Below, piece after piece: positions 19,066-25,939 of a DNA stretch of 41,564 bases. Under the pieces are notes generated by a model. It was not told where the DNA came from, did not search any database, and was given only the letters and a program-made list of their open reading frames with translations. Numbering within the stretch: the stretch's first letter is position 1; every line of letters starts with the position of its first letter. Source of the stretch: a virus (taxonomy: Duplodnaviria > Caudoviricetes). Position numbers and translations under genes: made by a program. The stretch is from positions 1-41,564 of IMG/VR virus record IMGVR_UViG_3300031701_000003; one strand, written 5' to 3'.

Positions 19066-19144
19066 CGAGGGGACAGTAAAAGCTAAACGAGTTAAGGGTA
19101 AGGATAATTGTTCTCCCCCTCGTTTAGCTTTTACTGTCCCCTCG
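19066..19144. repeat. Perfect 26-bp inverted repeat with 27-nt spacer at the late/early strand switch
   Basis: CGAGGGGACAGTAAAAGCTAAACGAG (19066-19091) and its exact reverse complement (19119-19144). Confidence 0.95.
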
Positions 19145-19184
19145 CCGTCAAGACGCCCCGTCAACCGTGCGGTGTCGGACGCGC

Positions 19185-19233
19185 AAAAAAGCCACCGACC
19201 CCCGAGTGTATGAAGACGAAGGGGGTCGGTGGC
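19185..19233 (-). ncRNA. Candidate antisense sRNA: terminator-type hairpin with loop complementary to cassette start regions
   Basis: 13-bp perfect stem (19191-19203/19221-19233) and U6 tail on the minus strand. The 17-nt loop matches GAGTGTATGAAGACRAA of the cassette starts. Confidence 0.55.
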
Positions 19234-19259
19234 CGGACCTACCCGTCGAGCATCACCAC

Positions 19260-19289
19260 GACAAGCCCCCGCACGATACACCGTGCGGG
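19260..19289 (-). promoter_or_regulatory. Palindromic element CCCGCACG-N6-CGTGCGGG plus -35-like hexamer, copy A
   Basis: 27/30 identical to 22823-22852 in inverted orientation. Followed by TTGTCG-17 nt-TAGGTC pointing at the hairpin. Confidence 0.5.
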
Positions 19290-19340
19290 CGCGTGCGTCT
19301 ATGCCCGAGATCTCGGTGGAGGATCCCCACACCCGAGGGT

Positions 19341-19389
19341 TCCGACACCGGGGGGTTGACAACCCCCCGAGCGGACTTAGATTGAGTGC
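19341..19389 (+). promoter_or_regulatory. Sigma70-type promoter in repeat copy 1 (representative of copies 1-9)
   Basis: TTGACA-16 nt-TANNNT (TAGATT/TAAGTT/TATATT), then 6 nt and ATG, with no SD. Confidence 0.8.
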
Positions 19390-19626
19390 ATGCAAGCAAT
19401 TCAAACTAAGTACCACGGCCCTACCAACCACAAGCCCTCGCGGATCTCCGCAACATGGATGGAGTCGGGCAAGCGCGTGTACGTGAGTTGGGCTTGCGAG
19501 CTAGACGTCCGCGACAACCACGAAGCGGCCGCCCGGGTCCGACTCGCCAACAACGACAAGTTCTTCGACATCGTCGGGGGATCGATCAAGAGCGGCTATG
19601 TCTGGGTGCTTGTTCAAAAGAACTAA
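19390..19626 (+). CDS. Cassette 1 hypothetical protein (78 aa)
   Basis: Exactly fills the inter-repeat space. MQAIQTKYHGPTNHKPSRISA resembles a widespread small phage protein family. Confidence 0.85.
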   Translation: MQAIQTKYHGPTNHKPSRISATWMESGKRVYVSWACELDVRDNHEAAARVRLANNDKFFDIVGGSIKSGYVWVLVQKN

Positions 19627-19674
19627 ACGACACCGGGGGGTTGACAACCCCCCGAGCGGTCTTAAGTTAGGTGT

Positions 19675-19914
19675 ATGAAGACAAACACAAACAGCTACAA
19701 CGGACACAAAAACTACGACTTTTGGAACGTGGCGCTTTGGATCGCCAACGACGAGACCATGTACAACCGCGCGCTCGCGTGTCTCAACATCCCGGGCTTT
19801 ACCACGCGCCGCGCGGCACAAGCCCTCCTTGAGATCTTCCCCACCCAAACCCCCGACGGTGCCAAGTACACGCTAGCTAACATCGAGGCCGCGATCTCGG
19901 ACCTTGCAGAATAA
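19675..19914 (+). CDS. Cassette 2 hypothetical protein (79 aa)
   Basis: Fills the inter-repeat space. YNGHKNYDFWNVALWIAND motif resembles a common phage family. Confidence 0.85.
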   Translation: MKTNTNSYNGHKNYDFWNVALWIANDETMYNRALACLNIPGFTTRRAAQALLEIFPTQTPDGAKYTLANIEAAISDLAE

Positions 19915-19963
19915 TCCGACACCGGGGGGTTGACAACCCCCCGAGCGGTCTTAAGTTAGGTGT

Positions 19964-20152
19964 ATGAAGACGAACACCACTTTCTCAGTCCTGATCCCCT
20001 TCACCGACAAGATGCCCACCAAGTGGCACCCGAGGACCATCAAGACCCTCGTGCGTGGGTGCTTCGACAGTGTCGAAGAGTGCCACGCATGGGCGGCGGC
20101 TCACCTCATGTCGTTTCACCGGTACACGATCGGCTGTTATCCGGCCGAATAA
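19964..20152 (+). CDS. Cassette 3 hypothetical protein (62 aa)
   Basis: ATG and TAA abut the flanking repeats. Confidence 0.8.
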   Translation: MKTNTTFSVLIPFTDKMPTKWHPRTIKTLVRGCFDSVEECHAWAAAHLMSFHRYTIGCYPAE

Positions 20153-20201
20153 TCCGACACCGGGGGGTTGACAACCCCCCGAGCGGACTTATATTAGGTG
20201 T

Positions 20202-20414
20202 ATGAAGACGAACACGGAAACAAAAACCCTCCCCCGATACACCAACGTCGGAAGCTACCCGATCCTGTACCTCACTCCCACAAACGACTGTCTGTGCGCG
20301 GACTGTGCCACCGAAGAGACCGAAGAGCCGGTGCAAGGTCACATCAACTACGAGACCCCTACCACGTGCGACGAGTGCGGAGACGACATCGAGGCCGCGT
20401 ACCCGACCGAATAA
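20202..20414 (+). CDS. Cassette 4 acidic zinc-finger-like protein (70 aa)
   Basis: CADC and CDEC pairs, abuts the repeats. Confidence 0.85.
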   Translation: MKTNTETKTLPRYTNVGSYPILYLTPTNDCLCADCATEETEEPVQGHINYETPTTCDECGDDIEAAYPTE

Positions 20415-20463
20415 TCCGACACCGGGGGGTTGACAACCCCCCGAGCGGTCTTATATTAGGTGT

Positions 20464-20670
20464 ATGAAGACAACAACAACAACAAACACCACCTTCCACG
20501 TCGGTAGCATCGTCCAAGTCGGGCCCGCATTCACCGGCAAGGGGTACACCGCGGACTATCTCACGGGGCGCACCGATCGCATTGTGCGGATCTCCGAAGC
20601 TGGCGACCTCGTTTTCGGTGACGACGAAGCGGCGCACGCGAGCCGGTGCTTGCTCATCTCGACCGAATAA
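20464..20670 (+). CDS. Cassette 5 small SH3/KOW-like protein (68 aa)
   Basis: FHVGSIVQV...GRTDRIVRI pattern, abuts the repeats. Confidence 0.8.
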   Translation: MKTTTTTNTTFHVGSIVQVGPAFTGKGYTADYLTGRTDRIVRISEAGDLVFGDDEAAHASRCLLISTE

Positions 20671-20719
20671 TCCGACACCGGGGGGTTGACAACCCCCCAA
20701 GCGGTCTTATATTAGGTGT

Positions 20720-21040
20720 ATGAAGACAAACACCGACACCCTCAACGACCTCGAAGCAAGCCCTACCAGCAGGATCCACGAAGCCCGGTACACGATCGCG
20801 GGCAACCCCGATCAAGACCCTCGCGAGCGCTTCACCCTCTACGCAGCCGCGAAGATCCTCGCTGAACTTGGCCGCGCGTGCAAGTCGACCGACGCCACAC
20901 ACATCCGCCGCGGTGGACGCGTGATCGGCTTTTGGAGCAACTACCACGGGACGATCCGCCCGACTCACTACACCGGACCCCGCGCGGACCGGGGCGCGCG
21001 ATCCGACGAGCAGCACGCGCTTACCATGTGGAGGATGTAA
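20720..21040 (+). CDS. Cassette 6 hypothetical protein (106 aa)
   Basis: ATG and TAA abut the flanking repeats. Confidence 0.8.
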   Translation: MKTNTDTLNDLEASPTSRIHEARYTIAGNPDQDPRERFTLYAAAKILAELGRACKSTDATHIRRGGRVIGFWSNYHGTIRPTHYTGPRADRGARSDEQHALTMWRM

Positions 21041-21088
21041 TCGACACCGGGGGGTTGACAACCCCCCGAGCGGTCTTAAGTTGAGTGT

Positions 21089-21277
21089 ATGAAGACAAAA
21101 ACTCACTGCCCCGAGCACCTCAAACCCTCAGATCGTAGGGCTCTCATCGCGTCAAGAGACGGGACGCGAGTCTCAGCCAAAGACTTCTGGAGCTTAGAGT
21201 CCCAAGGTCTCGCGGCATCATCAAGCAAGGGGTGGGGACTTACAGACCTTGGCCGGGAGATCGCAGCGCTTCAATAG
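21089..21277 (+). CDS. Cassette 7 possible winged-helix protein (62 aa)
   Basis: SLESQGLA...WGLTDLGREIA wing motif. Atypical composition and a TAG stop. Confidence 0.75.
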   Translation: MKTKTHCPEHLKPSDRRALIASRDGTRVSAKDFWSLESQGLAASSSKGWGLTDLGREIAALQ

Positions 21278-21339
21278 ACCCCACCCCTCAATCGACACCG
21301 GGGGGTTGACAACCCCCCGAGCGGTCTTAAGTTGAGTGT

Positions 21340-21648
21340 ATGAAGACAAACACCGAGCCCGCGACGATGTCGCAATGGTACCTCACCGCGATATGCGGCC
21401 ACCTCCTCACCCGCAACGGGGGCGGGGCGTACACGATCACCGCCAACCCCGAGCGCACCGAGCGAACCCCTAGCGGGATCGGGCACGTGCCCTACGCGGA
21501 CGAAGACGCGGCCGAGCGCGTCGAGAAATTCTTCGCCCGGATCTTCCCCGCCAAGAAGACCCCCCGCGTGTGCACCGGTGGGTACCCCGTGTTTCGTTGC
21601 AACCGGTGCGACGGGCACCCGCTGTACAGCGGATGCGCTTGCAAGTAA
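21340..21648 (+). CDS. Cassette 8 Cys-rich hypothetical protein (102 aa)
   Basis: Abuts the repeats, C-terminal CNRC...GCACK. Confidence 0.8.
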   Translation: MKTNTEPATMSQWYLTAICGHLLTRNGGGAYTITANPERTERTPSGIGHVPYADEDAAERVEKFFARIFPAKKTPRVCTGGYPVFRCNRCDGHPLYSGCACK

Positions 21649-21697
21649 TCCGACACCGGGGGGTTGACACCCCCCCGAGCGGTCTTAAGTTGAGTGT

Positions 21698-21892
21698 ATG
21701 AAGACAAACACACCAGACTTTTTTGACACAATCAAAACCCTCGTTTCGACGGGCCCTCGCGATGGCACCGAGTCCTTCGACGATCGCGTTGAGATGGCCC
21801 TCATCGCTGTCTCGTCCGCGTGTGCGGATGCCAATGACTTCGACGCGCGAGATCAGATCAACGCGCTCATCGTTAGGCTATTCGCAAACTAA
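21698..21892 (+). CDS. Cassette 9 hypothetical protein (64 aa)
   Basis: ATG and TAA abut the flanking repeats. Confidence 0.8.
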   Translation: MKTNTPDFFDTIKTLVSTGPRDGTESFDDRVEMALIAVSSACADANDFDARDQINALIVRLFAN

Positions 21893-21974
21893 TCGACACC
21901 GGGGGGTTGACACTCCCCACAACCGACCCATACTAGGATCAGCCGCAACAACCAACAAGGACAAGGACAAAAAC

Positions 21975-22472
21975 ATGGGACGAAGAAACTACAAGATCAT
22001 CAAGCACGAAGGCACACTCCGCGACTGTATCAGCGACGCGGGCGAGGTCGAGGATCTCCGCGAGGAGATCGAAGAGTGGAAAAGCAGTCTCGAAGATAAT
22101 TCGATGGAGCACCTCCCCAAATTCGAGGAGCTTGAAGAGTGCGCGGGAGAGCTTGAAGCGCAAGACGAGATTGAGACCCAAGCAGAGGAGCTAGCCACGG
22201 CACTTGAAGAGACACCGTGGGCGGACCTCCTCGACAAGAAGATCTCGTATACAAACATGCAACCGTACAAGGGGCGCGGATACCCTCGATGGATGCGCAT
22301 GAGCAACTCACTCGCGGCGATGCGTGCGGCACTCGAAGAGCTAGGCGATCTAACCGTCCCCGAGGGGGACGAAAAAGCCGACGAGCAACACACCGAGATT
22401 GAGTCCGCGGTGCAAGAGCTTGAAGCAACTTGCGAGCAACTTGAGGGTGTTTGCTTTCCCTCGATGTTCTAG
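21975..22472 (+). CDS. Highly acidic helical protein (165 aa)
   Basis: ATG after CAAGGACAAGGACAAAAAC, downstream of degenerate repeat 10 (TTGACA-16-CATACT). Glu/Asp-rich. Confidence 0.8.
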   Translation: MGRRNYKIIKHEGTLRDCISDAGEVEDLREEIEEWKSSLEDNSMEHLPKFEELEECAGELEAQDEIETQAEELATALEETPWADLLDKKISYTNMQPYKGRGYPRWMRMSNSLAAMRAALEELGDLTVPEGDEKADEQHTEIESAVQELEATCEQLEGVCFPSMF

Positions 22473-22532
22473 GCCACGCGCACCGATCGACCCTCGGTCC
22501 GTACCCCGCAAGGGGTCGGGCTTTCGGAGGTG

Positions 22533-22748
22533 ATGAAGACCAAGAAGAAACCCCCCCCACGCCTTGCCGCGAACCTCACGATCCTACGCGAGAAATCCGG
22601 CTTAACTCAAGAAGGGCTCGCAACGATCCTCGGGGTAACGCGCGCGTGGGTCTCCAAGATCGAAACCGGCCACGGGTTGCCGAGCCTCGCGCGCACCGTC
22701 GAGATCGCCAACGTCTTCAAGGTGACGATCGATCGGTTGGTGACATGA
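22533..22748 (+). CDS. XRE-family helix-turn-helix regulator (71 aa)
   Basis: NLTILREKSGLTQEGLATILGVTRAWVSKIETG...PSL...IANVFKVTIDRL, classic HTH_3 with no S24 peptidase domain. Confidence 0.9.
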   Translation: MKTKKKPPPRLAANLTILREKSGLTQEGLATILGVTRAWVSKIETGHGLPSLARTVEIANVFKVTIDRLVT

Positions 22749-22817
22749 GCCACGCGGCCGCACGCGCCCCGGTGCGCCGCGCCCCGCGGGGGGCCCTCGT
22801 TGGGTAGCCTCGAAACA

Positions 22818-22853
22818 AAGCCCCCGCACGGTGGACCGTGCGGGGGCTTGACC
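22818..22853 (+). promoter_or_regulatory. Palindromic element copy B (15-bp arms) upstream of replication operon, operator and/or terminator
   Basis: AAGCCCCCGCACGGT-GG-ACCGTGCGGGGGCTT overlapping TTGACC, then 18 nt and CAGACT. Confidence 0.55.
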
Positions 22854-22951
22854 CCGGCGCAAGCGTTGGGGCAGACTGTCGGCTCTTCTAACCGCCCCGA
22901 GGGTGCCCGACTTGGGACCGGGGCGCAAGCCCCCATGCCAACCGGATCTCA

Positions 22952-25939
22952 ATGCCCCTAGACTGGCAAGCGTTCGATGTTGCGTCCGAGATCTTTGGGC
23001 TCGCGGGGTTCAACGTGATCCCCTTGCCACCGCAAGCCAAAGGGCTCGCGGGGTCGGGCGTTCTTTTCAAGCATCTCAACAAGCCCGACTCCCGACGCGT
23101 GACCGCGGACGATCGCGCGAAGTGGCGACGCACCTTCGAGCGCAAGGGCTTCGACGGTGTTGTTGGCGCGTACCTTTTGCCCGCGTCGGGGCAGCATTAC
23201 GCAATGGCGATCGTCGACGTCGACGATGAAGCCTTCGACGCGCGAGCGGTCGAAGTCTTTGGGGACTCCCCGGTGTACGTCACGCGCTCCGGTCGAGTGC
23301 GGCACCGGTACTTCAAAACGAAGCACCCAAAGCGCGCGCATCTCATGGGCGCCTTCGGCAAGCGCACCGTCGATCTCATCGCTACCACCGGCGTCGTCTT
23401 GCCGGGGTCGGTGCATGCGGACGGCGGCACGTACACGATGCACGGCAACCTCGACGACCTCCCCGAGATCGACCTCGGGCACGTCGAGAAACTACGCACC
23501 GAGCGACGCGGAAAGATCAAGACCGATCTTGCATCCGCGGAGCCGGTCGAGGGTAGCGCGGTCGGCTTCGTGCACGTCCGAGATCCGTTAGACTTTGGGG
23601 ACTCTGTATGGTGCGGGCACGTCTTGCCGGCCACGTTGATCAACACGATCGACGGGCCGGTTGAAATGCGGAGCGTGAGCGCGGGCGCCAAGTGTTTCGC
23701 AACGTACCGCGACGACGCACACCCGTCCTCGCACGTGTCCGACTACAAGGGGCGCCGATACTTTTGGGACATGTCCACCGAGCCAAAAAGATATTGGACA
23801 ATGATCGACGCGCTCGACAGTGCGACAGATCCACAACTTGAGCGCGACACCGTTGCGGCACTCGAAGCCGGGCTCCGAGATCGACTCGGTGTCGAGGTCG
23901 AGATCGTCGACGACACCGGATACCTAGCCGACCAAGTGCCGATGCTTGGAGACGACGAAACGGTTTTCGTGATCGCCCCGCACGGGTCGGGCAAGACAGT
24001 GATGGCAAGACGCGAGCACGACCGGGCGACGACGTCGATCTCGGTGTGCAACACGCAAGCCCTAACGCTAGCCAACGCAAGCGTGCTCGGCTTGCGTCCG
24101 GTGTACGAAGGGGTCGACGCGCACCCCAAGGGGTCGGCCTGTATTCCGTCGCTCCATCGGTACGACGCACCGCCCGAGTTTTTCCACGTCGACGAAGCGG
24201 ACGCGGTGCACGGTTTCTTGCACTCGGGCAAGGTCGACGATCCGCTTGGAGCGTGGCGCGTGCTTGCATACTTCGCGGCACTGTCGAAGCGTTGTTTGAT
24301 GTCGAGCGCCGATCTCAGTTTCGAGGACATCGCACTCTTCGTACATGCGATCCGCGAACGCAACGCGGCGCGCCGGCTTCGAGTGATCATCCGCGTCCCA
24401 ACGCGGACGCGGTGCACGCTCGTCGTACGTCCCACGGCTTTCGTCAAACAAGAATTGCACGCGCACCTCGACGAGCAACAAGAGCACCCGACTTTTGTGG
24501 GCATCACAACGCGCAAGCTCGCGGGACAGATCGCGCAAGGGTACAAGTCGATCGGAGCACACGAAACGATCGATCTCGACGAGGTCTCGACGCTCACCTC
24601 GGTCGTCGACTCACCGCGCCCGTACCCCTTGGCGGATGTTGCCGACGACATCGACGACGAGATCACAACCGAGGTCGTTGCGCCGTTCTTTGTGAGCGGT
24701 GAAAACAACCGGTACAGCGAAGCGGTGCGATGGCTCGCGGATACTCGGTCGCTCGTCGAGTCGCACGATCTGATCGTGACCTCGCCCGCGGTACAGTCCG
24801 GCGTCTCTTTGGACCCTGAGATCTCGCGCGTGTTTATCTTCCACGGCAACCGGGACATCCCCGCGGATGCTGTCTTGCAGATCGCCCGACGCGCACGCAA
24901 CCCGATCGACGCGGGCATCCTTGTCGGGGTGCCTCGATGGGTAGCGCAACCGCACCGCACAGATCGGCCGTATCTCGACGACCTCGTTGCGAAGCGGAGC
25001 CGCACGACAGTGCGCGCGATTGCACAATCGTTTCCCGACTTCGTGCACGACACCGAGACCGATCAAGAATTCTTATGGTCTTGGCGGATCACCGCTCGCA
25101 AGTCGCTGCGCTCGTACGCCGATCCGATCGGTGAGCTTGAGCGAAGCGCAAGGCGCCACGGTTGGGACGTCGATGTCGACCTTGACGAAGAAGGAGACGG
25201 CGAGGAATTCAACGCGATCGTCTCGGCCGCCAAGGTGCATCGAGCACTGATCAACGCCGACGAAGTTGTACGCGCCGACGACATCGAGTCCGGTGAGCGC
25301 GATCGACTTGAGCGAGCCGCGGAGCTTGCCGATGGTGAGCGCCAACAACTGGACAAAGCTACCCTCGGCGTGTTCTATGGAATGGAGGTGACACCCGAGC
25401 TTGTGATCTTAGACAACGCGGGACGCTATCGGGCGAAGGTCCGGGCCTACGTGCACGCGCGCTTGCTCGTCGAGTTGCCCGACGTCGTCGCGTATCACGA
25501 TCACCAACGCGCACGCGGTCGACAGCCAACCGAGTTGTCCCACGCGTACGCGAAGGCGTCGTTGATGGTCGATCTCCTCACGCATATCTTCGACGGCTTC
25601 GACGGTGAGGAGATCGACTTCGATGTCCGCACCGTGCGAGCCCCGGTCCGCGCATGGTGGGGACGCAACCGGGAGCGCGCGCAAACTTTCTTCCCCCGAC
25701 TCAAAGGACCGAGCAAAGACAAGGAGGTGCGGTGGCTTGGAGATCGTCTCAGATCCCTCGGCGCCGTACTCCTCACGCACGGCAAGAACACAAACCGAAG
25801 CAAGCGCGTATCGTGGCTTCGAGTCGACGCGTTGGCGGGTGCCTACGCGGAGCGACTCGTCGAAGCACACGACAAGATCGAGGACGAAAAGTGGAGGACG
25901 CAATGGAAAAAAGAAGCATCACAAACAAGCTCGGCATAG
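22952..25939 (+). CDS. Bifunctional primase-polymerase fused to SF2 origin-binding-type helicase (995 aa)
   Basis: N-terminal GFNVIPL, VDVDD, HRYF and VVLPGSVH (PrimPol). Central APHGSGKT, VDEAD, SPAVQSGVSLD and QIARRARN (SF2, UL9/CyRepA1-like). Confidence 0.75.
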   Translation: MPLDWQAFDVASEIFGLAGFNVIPLPPQAKGLAGSGVLFKHLNKPDSRRVTADDRAKWRRTFERKGFDGVVGAYLLPASGQHYAMAIVDVDDEAFDARAVEVFGDSPVYVTRSGRVRHRYFKTKHPKRAHLMGAFGKRTVDLIATTGVVLPGSVHADGGTYTMHGNLDDLPEIDLGHVEKLRTERRGKIKTDLASAEPVEGSAVGFVHVRDPLDFGDSVWCGHVLPATLINTIDGPVEMRSVSAGAKCFATYRDDAHPSSHVSDYKGRRYFWDMSTEPKRYWTMIDALDSATDPQLERDTVAALEAGLRDRLGVEVEIVDDTGYLADQVPMLGDDETVFVIAPHGSGKTVMARREHDRATTSISVCNTQALTLANASVLGLRPVYEGVDAHPKGSACIPSLHRYDAPPEFFHVDEADAVHGFLHSGKVDDPLGAWRVLAYFAALSKRCLMSSADLSFEDIALFVHAIRERNAARRLRVIIRVPTRTRCTLVVRPTAFVKQELHAHLDEQQEHPTFVGITTRKLAGQIAQGYKSIGAHETIDLDEVSTLTSVVDSPRPYPLADVADDIDDEITTEVVAPFFVSGENNRYSEAVRWLADTRSLVESHDLIVTSPAVQSGVSLDPEISRVFIFHGNRDIPADAVLQIARRARNPIDAGILVGVPRWVAQPHRTDRPYLDDLVAKRSRTTVRAIAQSFPDFVHDTETDQEFLWSWRITARKSLRSYADPIGELERSARRHGWDVDVDLDEEGDGEEFNAIVSAAKVHRALINADEVVRADDIESGERDRLERAAELADGERQQLDKATLGVFYGMEVTPELVILDNAGRYRAKVRAYVHARLLVELPDVVAYHDHQRARGRQPTELSHAYAKASLMVDLLTHIFDGFDGEEIDFDVRTVRAPVRAWWGRNRERAQTFFPRLKGPSKDKEVRWLGDRLRSLGAVLLTHGKNTNRSKRVSWLRVDALAGAYAERLVEAHDKIEDEKWRTQWKKEASQTSSA

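Larger units (their letters stand above)
19341..21935 (+). repeat. Array of ten ~49-bp promoter-containing palindromic repeats separating small ORFs
   Basis: Consensus TCCGACACCGGGGGGTTGACAACCCCCCGAGCGGTCTTA(A/T)(G/A)TT(AG/GA)GTGT-ATG. Copies start at 19341, 19628, 19915, 20153, 20415, 20671, 21041, 21292, 21649 and 21893 (degenerate). Confidence 0.97.

Noticed and set aside
19066-19144. N15-type telomere resolution site
   Set aside because: The spacer is non-palindromic and no protelomerase gene was recognised.
19204-19281. Kissing-loop pairing between GTGTAT in the hairpin loop and ATACAC in the neighbouring palindrome loop
   Set aside because: Only 6 bp, and the second palindrome would be untranscribed under the promoter model. 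It cannot be distinguished from chance.
19905-19940. Reverse promoter in the repeats (TTGTCA-17-TATTCT on the minus strand)
   Set aside because: A TANNNT box is present only in copy 3, and the reverse -35 follows automatically from the palindrome.
19341-21935. CRISPR array
   Set aside because: The intervals are 190-320 bp intact ORFs of unequal length, the repeats contain promoters, and there is no cas operon. The Cas4-like nuclease sits in a normal replication context.
19341-21935. Canonical integron
   Set aside because: No IntI or attI, no RYYYAAC inverse core, and each cassette has its own promoter. Kept only as an analogy.
22533-22748. CI repressor indicating a temperate lifestyle
   Set aside because: HTH only, with no autocleavage domain, no divergent cro arrangement and no integrase.
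22745-22807. 20-codon ORF coupled to the HTH stop
   Set aside because: Too short and low-complexity to support without expression data.
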